Assembly: GCA_044229355.1 (NCBI GenBank)
Contig: JBGATF010000012.1
Span: 13,522 to 77,521 of the forward strand
DNA from: Limisphaerales bacterium
Lineage (GTDB): Bacteria; Verrucomicrobiota; Verrucomicrobiia; Limisphaerales; JADJPG01
Length of the DNA: 64,000 nucleotides
Direction of reading: 5' to 3'
Shown here: positions 25,198 through 32,558 of the stretch, piece after piece
How the letters are laid out: each line of letters opens with the position of its first letter
Position numbering within the stretch: the stretch's first letter is position 1
Made by a program: the position numbers and the translations under genes
Notes under the pieces: generated by a model
The model's database searches: none
What the model saw: only the letters and a program-made list of their open reading frames with translations
Told to the model about the DNA's origin: nothing

Positions 25198-27536
25198 CTC
25201 CCCAGCCTGTTGAAGGCGTCCGCCAGTCCGTTGCCAAAGCCCGGACGCGCCGGACGCGCCGATCCCTTCTGTTCGCGAGGGGCGCGCGGCGCCGCAGGAG
25301 CGCCCGGGGTCGCCCGCGGCGGGCGCGGAGCCAGGTCCGGCTTGGCCTTCATGGAGAGCGCGATGCGGCTGCGTTCGAGGTCCACCTCGACGACCGTGAC
25401 GTGGACCCGCTGCGCGACCTTCACGACCTCGGACGGATCCTTGACGAAGTGATCCGCGAGCTGGCTGACGTGGACGAGGCCATCCTGATGCACGCCAATG
25501 TCCACGAACGCGCCGAATGCGGTCACGTTGGTAACGATGCCGGGCAGCTTCATCCCCGGCTTGAGATCGCCTGGCTTCTCCACGCCGTCGGCGAACTTGA
25601 ACGCCTCGAACTGCTGGCGGGGATCCCGGCCCGGCTTGGTCAACTCGTCCAGAATGTCCTTGAGCGTCGGCAACCCGACACTTTCGGTCACGTATTGTTC
25701 CAGCTTGATGCGGGCGCGCAGGGACGGGTCGCGGACCAGGTCGCTGACGGTAGAGCCAAGGTCCGTCGCCATGCGTTCCACGATGGGATAACTTTCCGGG
25801 TGCACGGCGCTGGCATCCAGCGGATGTGTTGCGCCGCGAATGCGCAGAAAGCCGGCGGCCTGTTCAAAGGTCTTGTCGCCCAGACGCGGCACCTTCTTCA
25901 GCTCGGCGCGGGAGGTGAAGGCGCCGTGTTCATTACGGTACTTCACCAGATTCCCGGCGATGGTGGCGTTCAGGCCGGAGACATAACTCAGCAACTGGCG
26001 GCTGGCCGTGTTGACCTCGACGCCGACCCGGTTCACGCACGACGTCACGGTGTCGTCCAGCGCGTGCTTCAGCATCGTTTCGTCGACGTCATGTTGATAC
26101 TGGCCCACGCCAATGCTTTTGGGATCGATCTTCACCAATTCCGCCAGGGGATCCATCAGCCGGCGACCGATCGAGACCGCGCCGCGGACGGTCACGTCCT
26201 TGTCGGGAAATTCCTCGCGCGCCACGTCGGAGGCGGAGTAGATGGATGCGCCGCTTTCGTTGACCATCACGGTCACCAGGGTGCGCGGCAGTCCACACGC
26301 CGCGATGAACGCCTCGGTTTCGCGCGAGGCGGTTCCGTTGCCGATGGCGATCGCTTCAATCTGGAAATGGTCCACCAGCTTGAGCACGCGTTCCTTGGCC
26401 TGCCGAATCTGCAGCTCGGAGCCGGCGGTGGGATGAATCACATCATCAAAGAGCAGCTTTCCCTGCGCATCGAGCACCGCGAGTTTGCAGCCGGTGCGGA
26501 ACCCGGGATCGATGGCGAGGATGCGTTTCTGCCCGAGGGGCGCGGCGAGGAGGAGCTCCCGGATGTTTTCCGTGAAGACGCGGACGGCTTCGCGATCGGC
26601 GGCCAGCTTCGAGGTCATGCGCGCCTCGTTTTCCATGGAAGGCGAAAGCAGGCGCTTGTAAGCGTCGGCGCAGGCCAGCGTCACCTGGCCGCTGAGCGCG
26701 GTATTGCCCTTCACGAACCGGCCCGTGGCGATGGCGACGGCCGCATCGTCCGGCACCGTGACGCGCAGGAGCAAAAAGCCTTCCGCCTCGCCGCGGCGCA
26801 TGGCGAGCAACCGATGCGAGGGCACCTTGGCCAGCGGCTCGGACCATTGGAAATAGTCGCGGAACTTCGCTGCCTCGGGGTCGCCTTCCTTGGTGATGAA
26901 CAGCTTGCTGCCAATCACGGCCTCCCGCTCAAACAAACTGCGCACGGCCTTGCGGGTTTCCGCATCGTCGCTGACGCGTTCGGCGATGATGTCCCGCGCG
27001 CCGGCCAGCGCCTCGTCCACGGTCGGGACAGCCTTGTCCTGATCATCGCTCTGGACCAGGAACCGGGCTGCTTCCGCCAAAAGGTCGAGCGCCTGTTCCT
27101 GCCCGCCCAGGATCCAGTCGGCGAGCGGTTCGAGCCCTTTCTCCTTCGCGATCGTGGCCCGGGTGCGGCGCTTGGGGCGATAGGGCGCGAAGAGATCTTC
27201 GAGAACCGTCATGGTCTGGGCCGCCGCCAACGCCTGGCGCAGCTCCGGGGTGAGCAGCTTGCGTTCGTCGAGCGATTTCAGGACGGCGGCGCGTCTTGCT
27301 TCCAGTTCGGCCAGCTGCGACAGGCGATCCCGGATGGCGGCGATGGCGACTTCGTCGAGCGATCCCGTCGCTTCCTTGCGGTAGCGGGCGATGAACGGCA
27401 CGGTGGCCCCGTCGGCCAACAGCCGAGCGGTGCTGGCCACGCCGGACGTGGGAAGCTTCAACTCAACTGCGATTCGGGAGACGAAACCGGCGCCGGCCTG
27501 ACCGGCCTCACTGGCGCTGTGTGATGATGAACTCAT
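25194..27536 (-). CDS. tex: Tex-like transcription accessory protein (S1 RNA-binding, YqgF/RuvX-like and HhH domains)
   Basis: N-terminal ARLLADGATVPFIARYRKE, central ILAIDPGFRTGCK (YqgF-like), C-terminal S1 domain GMKLPGIVTNVTAFGAFVDIGVHQDGLVHVSQL. Start taken at ATG 27536. Confidence 0.95.
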   Translation of the reverse strand: MSSSSHSASEAGQAGAGFVSRIAVELKLPTSGVASTARLLADGATVPFIARYRKEATGSLDEVAIAAIRDRLSQLAELEARRAAVLKSLDERKLLTPELRQALAAAQTMTVLEDLFAPYRPKRRTRATIAKEKGLEPLADWILGGQEQALDLLAEAARFLVQSDDQDKAVPTVDEALAGARDIIAERVSDDAETRKAVRSLFEREAVIGSKLFITKEGDPEAAKFRDYFQWSEPLAKVPSHRLLAMRRGEAEGFLLLRVTVPDDAAVAIATGRFVKGNTALSGQVTLACADAYKRLLSPSMENEARMTSKLAADREAVRVFTENIRELLLAAPLGQKRILAIDPGFRTGCKLAVLDAQGKLLFDDVIHPTAGSELQIRQAKERVLKLVDHFQIEAIAIGNGTASRETEAFIAACGLPRTLVTVMVNESGASIYSASDVAREEFPDKDVTVRGAVSIGRRLMDPLAELVKIDPKSIGVGQYQHDVDETMLKHALDDTVTSCVNRVGVEVNTASRQLLSYVSGLNATIAGNLVKYRNEHGAFTSRAELKKVPRLGDKTFEQAAGFLRIRGATHPLDASAVHPESYPIVERMATDLGSTVSDLVRDPSLRARIKLEQYVTESVGLPTLKDILDELTKPGRDPRQQFEAFKFADGVEKPGDLKPGMKLPGIVTNVTAFGAFVDIGVHQDGLVHVSQLADHFVKDPSEVVKVAQRVHVTVVEVDLERSRIALSMKAKPDLAPRPPRATPGAPAAPRAPREQKGSARPARPGFGNGLADAFNRLGS

Positions 27537-27665
27537 GTTGATGATGCGACGAACGCGCATCCATTAACCGAGTCGCTCACCGCTGCCAATGGGAGAAGTT
27601 TCCGCGACGGCGAGTAATGCACTTGACTCGAATCTCCGTGCCCACGCGATCCGAGCTTCAACGCG

Positions 27666-27693
27666 GCCGCCGAAGGCCGAAGCCTTCGGCGGC
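27666..27693. other. Perfect 12-bp stem hairpin (GCCGCCGAAGGC-CGAA-GCCTTCGGCGGC) in the tex / DUF4082-gene intergenic region
   Basis: Read directly from the sequence. No U-tract on either strand, so function (terminator, RNA stabiliser or protein site) is open. Confidence 0.3.
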
Positions 27694-27790
27694 GCATCCT
27701 CCCGTTCAACCTCAGACCGGCCGGGGCCGGACGCGGGCGGACGGCGTGCTGGGCGCAGGCACGGCGAAGCGATTTCGGCGGGCCAGGTCC

Positions 27791-27823
27791 GGATGAACGC
27801 GGCGCGCGGCATCGCGTTCATCC
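27791..27823 (-). terminator. Hairpin (11-bp perfect stem GGATGAACGCG / CGCGTTCATCC, 11-nt loop) about 10 nt after the stop of the DUF4082 gene
   Basis: Position immediately 3' of the stop at 27834-27836 and a perfect stem. It lacks a U-tract, so intrinsic-terminator status is uncertain. Confidence 0.4.
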
Positions 27824-27833
27824 CGCGGCGAGT

Positions 27834-30800
27834 TCAAAACCGTCGCACTCGATAGAACGAACTGTTTTCCGCCGGTGCCGCCAGGCCGTCGGAGAAATTG
27901 CAGACCGTATTGGTTCCACTGGCGCTGGCCGTGGTGACCGCCCAATTGTTCAACCGATCCACCGTGCTCTGTTCCGAGCGAAAGGCATACTCGGTCGCCA
28001 CCGTCAGCTCGCCGCCGCCAGCCGGGGTGACAAATACCGAGTAGCTGTGAGCCACGACGTTGACCGCGATTCGAAAATGATACGTCACGTTGGCGGCGTA
28101 GGGGATGACCGCGTCGGCCGCATAGATGCCGGCTTTGCGGGCATCGATGTTTCCGTCGGTGTTGAATCGCACAAGACATGCGAATCCGCTGAAGGCGGTT
28201 TGCGGGCCGGACGACAGGGCCATGACGCTATCGATGGGGGAGGCCGAGGGCGTCGCGTCGAACTGCACGGTGAAATCATCCGTGCGCTCGGCCATGGCGC
28301 GGTTGAACCAGGCGCCGCCGGGCGGCGCCACGACACAGCGCTCCGTCCCGCTGTCACTCAACGCCCCGACGTCGGTGTATTCATGGCTGGACAACAGACC
28401 GCTCAGGGGAAGGAACGGCCCGTTGACCGATCGCGACTTCATCACCTGGAATTGGTCCAGGCCACCTTCCCAGCGGAGCACGATGCTCGCCGTGGCCCGC
28501 TCGGCCCGGACTTCGGTCAGGCGGACCGGCACGACGGACGCCGGCGGATCGCCATACACGATGTCGTCGACCAGCAGGTCGCCGGCAAAGCTCGTGAACT
28601 CCAGCGTCACTTGCGGAGCCGCTGTCGACCAGTCCGTCACGACCAACGCCGGGGCTCCGGATCCCTCGAAGGTTCCGCTGCGCTCCGGGTTCACGCCGTC
28701 CCGCAAGGTCCAGGTCCCGCCGGACAGCGAACTCAACCGCACGGCTTTGAGCACCTTGCCGGCGGGCAGCGTCCACGTGCCGACCGGGGTCGAGTAGGCG
28801 CCGCTCTGGTTCAATCCGCCCAGATCGACAAATCCCGACCAGGAGCCACTGCCGAAATCGATGCCGCCATGAACCCCGTCGAGGATGAAAAAGTCCGCCG
28901 TGACGTCCTCAAATCGATAAGTGCTGTCACCCGCCTCGGTGCTCGGAACGAACACGACATCCCGCCCGTAGTCGCCGTGGTTGAAGCTGGCGGTGGGCCG
29001 GCCATCGCGCGTCTCGGTGAATTTGCCGGCGTCGATCGGATACGACAGGTTGCGCCCGTTGTTCCCGCCGGACGCCATGTCGGCGAGGTTCGGATAATTG
29101 CGCTGCGGGCTGGTGCCCACGGAGATGGCGACGGTGTAGTCCACCTCGGCCTCGAGGTCGACATCCAGAATGTCGAGCTCGATCCAGCCGGTGACGCCGC
29201 CGTAGTTCCAGACATAGGGGCCGCCAATCACGGCGTTGTCGCTGTTGCGCCACAGCCGGGCCGTGTGATCCCCGGACTCCGAGGCGAGGGAATAGACGCG
29301 CAGGTGCGTGACCTTCCCGGCAACCGCCGGGCGGAAGACCGTCCCCAGTTCGTAGTAGGAGCCGTCAAAATTGATGTCTCCGAGCGTTTTGGTGTCCGGG
29401 AAGAGCGATTCGGCCGGCGGAGCCGAAGGCACGAACACGACGTCACGGCCGTAATTGCCGTGGTTGAAACTCGAGTTCGGGCGGGCGTCCCTGGATTCGG
29501 TGAACTTACCGGCGTCAACCGGATACGAAAGGTTCAACCCGTTGTTCCCGCCGGCGGCGAGATTCGGGAGGTTCGGGTAGTTCCGCTGCGGGCTGGTCCC
29601 CGTGGAAATGGACACCGTGTAATCGACGTTGGGTTCGATATCCACATCGAGAATGTCGAGTTCGATCCAGCCGGTGACGCCGCCGTAATTCCAGACATAC
29701 GGGCCGCCGATCACCGCGTTGTCGCTGTTGCGCCAGAGCCGCGCCGTGTGATCCCCGGATTCCGCGGCCAGCGAGTAGACCCGCAGGTGGGTAATCTTGC
29801 CCGCCACCGCGGATCGGAACACCGTTCCCAGCTCGTAGGCGGTTCCGTCGAAATTGATGTCGCCAAAAACCATCGTGTCCGGAAAGAGCGACTCCCGCCC
29901 CGCGGCCACGCCTCCGCCCTGCACGGTAAAGGTGTAAGGGGCTTCCGTGGAATCGTTGTTGGCCATCGACACGCTCGCGGTGCGCAAGCCGCGGCCCGTC
30001 GGATCGAAGCGCACGGTGAACGCGGCCGTGCCGCCGGGCGCAATGGGTGACGTCGGCTGGGTCACCACCGTGAAATCAGCGGCCTGGCCCCCGCCGACCA
30101 AAACCTTGGGGTTGCCGGTCAGGTTCAACGGCGCGTCGCCGGCGTTGGTGATGACGAACGTGCTGTCTTGAAATCCGCTCCCCACGCTCAGGCTGCCAAA
30201 GAAGGTGCCGTCGAGCAGGGACGCGCTCGCGTCGCCGGCCACGATCAGCTTGCCGCGGCCACGCACGTCCATCTCCGGCCCGGACGCCGTGGCCAGCGGG
30301 GCGCCCTCGGCATAGAGGCAGTAGGTGCGCTCCGCCGAGTCCCCCGTGCCCACCGTCATCGCGATCGGATCGGGAAACGCGCCCCCCGTGGCGGAGAAGG
30401 CGTAGCTTCCCAACGAATAACTGCCGAAGGTGTCCGCCACCACGCGGGCCCCGGGCGTGTCGGCCCAGATGACCAGCCAATAGAAATCGCCGCCGGTGAG
30501 ATCCAGCGGGGCCGTCAATGGAAACGAATTCCAGCCGTTCGTGGCGTTGAGCACCGGCAGGCTCTCGCGCAGGAGATGGTCGGCGACACCCGCATTGTCG
30601 GCGTAAACGGCGCACTTGAACGTTCCCGCCAGCTCCAAGACCTTGGCTTCGATTTGCGAAATCCGCAGACCCACCGGCGCGCGAAACCGATTGCCGTGGA
30701 TCGACGCGGCGTCGATGTTGCGCGAGAAGGAGCCCTCGCTGTCGTTGCCGATCACTCCGGCGCCGCCGCCGAGATCCGCCGCCGACAGCCTCGGCCCGGC

Positions 30801-30935
30801 AACGAGAACGCCGGCCAGCGCCACGGCACGGAGCCACGCGGCCACGGGTGTCAATCGATGAAGGAGCCGCGCGCCCGGGCAGGGCGGCACGCGATCGGCA
30901 CGAACTTCGGCGGGAGAGTCAGGTGGTGTGTTCAT
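27834..30935 (-). CDS. Secreted 1033-aa protein with two tandem DUF4082 domains, Ig-like/FN3-like modules and a C-terminal jelly-roll-like domain ending FYRVRRF
   Basis: Signal region AVALAGVLVAGPRLSAA. Two ~160-aa units ESLFPDT..GDINFDG..YELGTVFR..VAGK[IV]THLRVYSLA.ESGDHTARLWRNSDNAVIGGPYVWNYGGVTGWIELDILDVD match the DUF4082 pattern as I remember it. ATG at 30935. Confidence 0.85.
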   Translation of the reverse strand: MNTPPDSPAEVRADRVPPCPGARLLHRLTPVAAWLRAVALAGVLVAGPRLSAADLGGGAGVIGNDSEGSFSRNIDAASIHGNRFRAPVGLRISQIEAKVLELAGTFKCAVYADNAGVADHLLRESLPVLNATNGWNSFPLTAPLDLTGGDFYWLVIWADTPGARVVADTFGSYSLGSYAFSATGGAFPDPIAMTVGTGDSAERTYCLYAEGAPLATASGPEMDVRGRGKLIVAGDASASLLDGTFFGSLSVGSGFQDSTFVITNAGDAPLNLTGNPKVLVGGGQAADFTVVTQPTSPIAPGGTAAFTVRFDPTGRGLRTASVSMANNDSTEAPYTFTVQGGGVAAGRESLFPDTMVFGDINFDGTAYELGTVFRSAVAGKITHLRVYSLAAESGDHTARLWRNSDNAVIGGPYVWNYGGVTGWIELDILDVDIEPNVDYTVSISTGTSPQRNYPNLPNLAAGGNNGLNLSYPVDAGKFTESRDARPNSSFNHGNYGRDVVFVPSAPPAESLFPDTKTLGDINFDGSYYELGTVFRPAVAGKVTHLRVYSLASESGDHTARLWRNSDNAVIGGPYVWNYGGVTGWIELDILDVDLEAEVDYTVAISVGTSPQRNYPNLADMASGGNNGRNLSYPIDAGKFTETRDGRPTASFNHGDYGRDVVFVPSTEAGDSTYRFEDVTADFFILDGVHGGIDFGSGSWSGFVDLGGLNQSGAYSTPVGTWTLPAGKVLKAVRLSSLSGGTWTLRDGVNPERSGTFEGSGAPALVVTDWSTAAPQVTLEFTSFAGDLLVDDIVYGDPPASVVPVRLTEVRAERATASIVLRWEGGLDQFQVMKSRSVNGPFLPLSGLLSSHEYTDVGALSDSGTERCVVAPPGGAWFNRAMAERTDDFTVQFDATPSASPIDSVMALSSGPQTAFSGFACLVRFNTDGNIDARKAGIYAADAVIPYAANVTYHFRIAVNVVAHSYSVFVTPAGGGELTVATEYAFRSEQSTVDRLNNWAVTTASASGTNTVCNFSDGLAAPAENSSFYRVRRF
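28935..29897 (-). repeat. Tandem intragenic duplication (2 x ~483 nt) encoding the two DUF4082 units
   Basis: For example, 29221 gccgccaatcacggcgttgtcgctgttgcgccacagccgg... versus 29704 gccgccgatcaccgcgttgtcgctgttgcgccagagccgc..., an offset of 483 nt. High but imperfect nucleotide identity by eye; the protein units are near-identical in the core. Confidence 0.85.
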
Positions 30936-31150
30936 ACAGCGACGGAGCTTGTTAGGTTTTTGAGGTTTTCAAGCCAGCTCGATCATGCGTGCAACGAAGG
31001 CAGCCGGGGGGACGGCCCGGCCAAGACGGAAGCGGTGAGCGGCGGGAAGGGATTCGCGGAAGCCGGGAGGCAACATCCGCAGCACGATCGGCAGGCGTCA
31101 TGAACGGTGTCTTGATGCTCGCCAGCCTGCCGGGAAGGCGCGCGACGGAT

Positions 31151-31189
31151 CTACACGGCTTGCGCCAAAGTGTGAACCGATCCCGCCAA
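31151..31189 (-). promoter_or_regulatory. Conserved 39-nt upstream element, copy A (before the DUF4082 gene, in the divergent region shared with the AraC gene)
   Basis: Gene-direction sequence TTGGCGG GATCGGTTC ACAC TTTGGCGC AAGCC GTGTAG. It lies about 215-255 nt upstream of ATG 30935. Confidence 0.45.
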
Positions 31190-31298
31190 GGACCGACATC
31201 CGGCTTGCACCCATTCGCGCCCGCGCTAAAGAAGAGGCGTTCGCCCGGGCCGCTGTCGCCTGGTTTCGCCCGGGCGCTCGTGACCGCACCGCTGACCT

Positions 31299-32165
31299 GT
31301 GGACGATTTCGAACAACTCAACGCGCTGCCGGGGTTGCGCCGGCTCTTCGACCTCGCCTGGCGCACGTTTGGCGTCAACCCCGCCCTCGTCTCGCCCGAT
31401 GGCGCGCGCACCGTCGTCTTCGAGCGCGAGCGCCGGGCCCAGCCGTTCTGCCAGGCGCTGCAAGCCTGCCCCGGCGGACCGGAACTCTGCGCCATCTGCG
31501 ACAAAACCAAATTCCTCGAGGCGCGCCGCGACTCGGTTCCGGTGCGCTACCGGTGCCACGCCGGCCTGACCGAGTTCCTCATCCCCATCATCCGCCGGGG
31601 CCAGGTCATCGCGCTGCTGCAATGCGGCCAGGTGCACGACCGCGTCCCCACCGACGCGGAATGGCGGGCCGCACGCCGCTCGCTGGTGGCGGCCGGCATT
31701 GCCTCCCGCGCCCTGCAACGCCAGTTTCGGCAGAACCGCGTGCTGACCGCCGATCGCCAGGACGACCTGCTTGACCTGATGGAGTTGATCGCCGCCCGGC
31801 TGGCACACTCCGACGAACGCGAGTTGCCGACCGCCCCGGGACGCACCCAGGTCTGTTTGGGCCGGGCCATGACCTACATCGAGGCCCACCTCTCCCAGCG
31901 CCTGACGCTGGAGGCCATCGCCCGCGCAGCCGGCCTTTCGCCGCGGTCCCTCATGCGACTGTTTCGCCGCGAAGCCAGCGTCAGTGTGGTGGATTTCATC
32001 CAGCAGCGCCGGATTACGCACGCCTGCCGCCTCCTGCGGGAAACGGACCAGACCTGCGCCGAGATCGCCTTCGCGTGCGGCTTCGGCAGCGTCCAACATT
32101 TCAACCGGATCTTCCGCCGCTTCGAGAGCGCCGCCCCCTCGGACTGGCGGACCGCGGCGCACTGA
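31299..32165 (+). CDS. AraC-family transcriptional regulator with N-terminal PocR sensory domain
   Basis: PocR-like Cys-rich region (FCQALQACPGGPELCAICD ... YRCHAGLTEFLIPIIRRGQVIALLQCGQV). C-terminal double HTH (LTLEAIARAAGLSPRSLMRLFRRE; CAEIAFACGFGSVQHFNRIFRRF). GTG start at 31299. Confidence 0.9.
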   Translation: MDDFEQLNALPGLRRLFDLAWRTFGVNPALVSPDGARTVVFERERRAQPFCQALQACPGGPELCAICDKTKFLEARRDSVPVRYRCHAGLTEFLIPIIRRGQVIALLQCGQVHDRVPTDAEWRAARRSLVAAGIASRALQRQFRQNRVLTADRQDDLLDLMELIAARLAHSDERELPTAPGRTQVCLGRAMTYIEAHLSQRLTLEAIARAAGLSPRSLMRLFRREASVSVVDFIQQRRITHACRLLRETDQTCAEIAFACGFGSVQHFNRIFRRFESAAPSDWRTAAH

Positions 32166-32186
32166 CCCGCCGCACAGTCGCAAATG

Positions 32187-32212
32187 GTAGGGCGCGCTCT
32201 CCGCAGCGCGCC
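32187..32212 (+). repeat. REP-like element: GTAG + perfect 8-bp palindrome (GGCGCGCT-ctccgc-AGCGCGCC), 22 nt after the AraC stop
   Basis: Read directly from the sequence. It could also serve as the terminator hairpin of the AraC gene (no clear U-tract). Confidence 0.4.
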
Positions 32213-32332
32213 GTCTGCGCCGTCCGCTTTCATCGTCCCCTCCACCTTTCTGCCGATCGTAACTGGCGAACACGGTCGGCTCCCGTTTTCGGCGGCGGGC
32301 GGCGGCCGTGCCCGGCCGTAGCTCTGAGCGAA

Positions 32333-32352
32333 GGCGGGAGCGCCCGCCCTAC
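32333..32352 (-). repeat. REP-like element in inverse orientation: GTAG + 6-bp palindrome (GGCGGG-cgct-CCCGCC)
   Basis: The minus-strand reading is GTAGGGCGGGCGCTCCCGCC. It shares the GGTAGGGCG..GCGCTC..CCGC head with the element at 32187. The forward strand also starts GTAGCTCTGAGCG at 32318. Confidence 0.4.
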
Positions 32353-32416
32353 CAGGCGTGCTTCCAACCTCGTTCTCCTGAGATTTTCACCAGGAAACAG
32401 GCAGAGCAGCAGACCC

Positions 32417-32455
32417 TTGTCGTGATCGGTTCGCCTTTTGGCGGAACTCGTGTAG
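32417..32455 (+). promoter_or_regulatory. Conserved 39-nt upstream element, copy C (before the giant DUF4082-LTD-CotH gene)
   Basis: TTGTCGT GATCGGTTC GCCT TTTGGCGG AACTC GTGTAG. It lies about 104-142 nt upstream of GTG 32559. By my hand alignment, 27 of 39 positions are identical in all three copies. Confidence 0.45.
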
Positions 32456-32558
32456 CGCCCAATGCCATTGTGGAGTAAAGAAAAGCCGGTTCGCGGTCGG
32501 CGGCCGCTCGTTCGAAGGGCCGGCTTCTCCACCGCGCCGTCGTTCATCGCAGACGTTC

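Noticed and set aside
25026-27524. 832-aa plus-strand ORF
   Set aside because: It is antisense to the unmistakable tex gene.
28935-29897. Possible CRISPR or DGR template/variable repeat pair
   Set aside because: The repeats are two 483-nt in-frame coding units, not short repeats with spacers. No cas genes or reverse transcriptase are in the window, and the differences are not restricted to adenine positions as far as I can see.
28047-30050. 667-aa plus-strand ORF
   Set aside because: It is antisense to the DUF4082 protein gene. It is repeat-mirroring and Arg/Gly-rich.
31098-32273. 391-aa minus-strand ORF
   Set aside because: It is antisense to the PocR-AraC regulator, which has clear HTH motifs.
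20732-32455. Reading the 39-nt element as a sigma-54 (-24/-12) or ECF-type promoter
   Set aside because: TGGCGG-N5-GTTC lacks the GC of the -12 TTGC box at the right spacing. The ECF-like GAACC reading only works on the strand opposite the downstream genes for two of the three copies. The element is therefore kept as an unassigned operator/promoter element.
32458-32472. CAATG-C-CATTG palindrome upstream of the giant gene as a regulator site
   Set aside because: A 5+5 palindrome is expected many times by chance in 64 kb, and there is no second copy at the other regulated genes.
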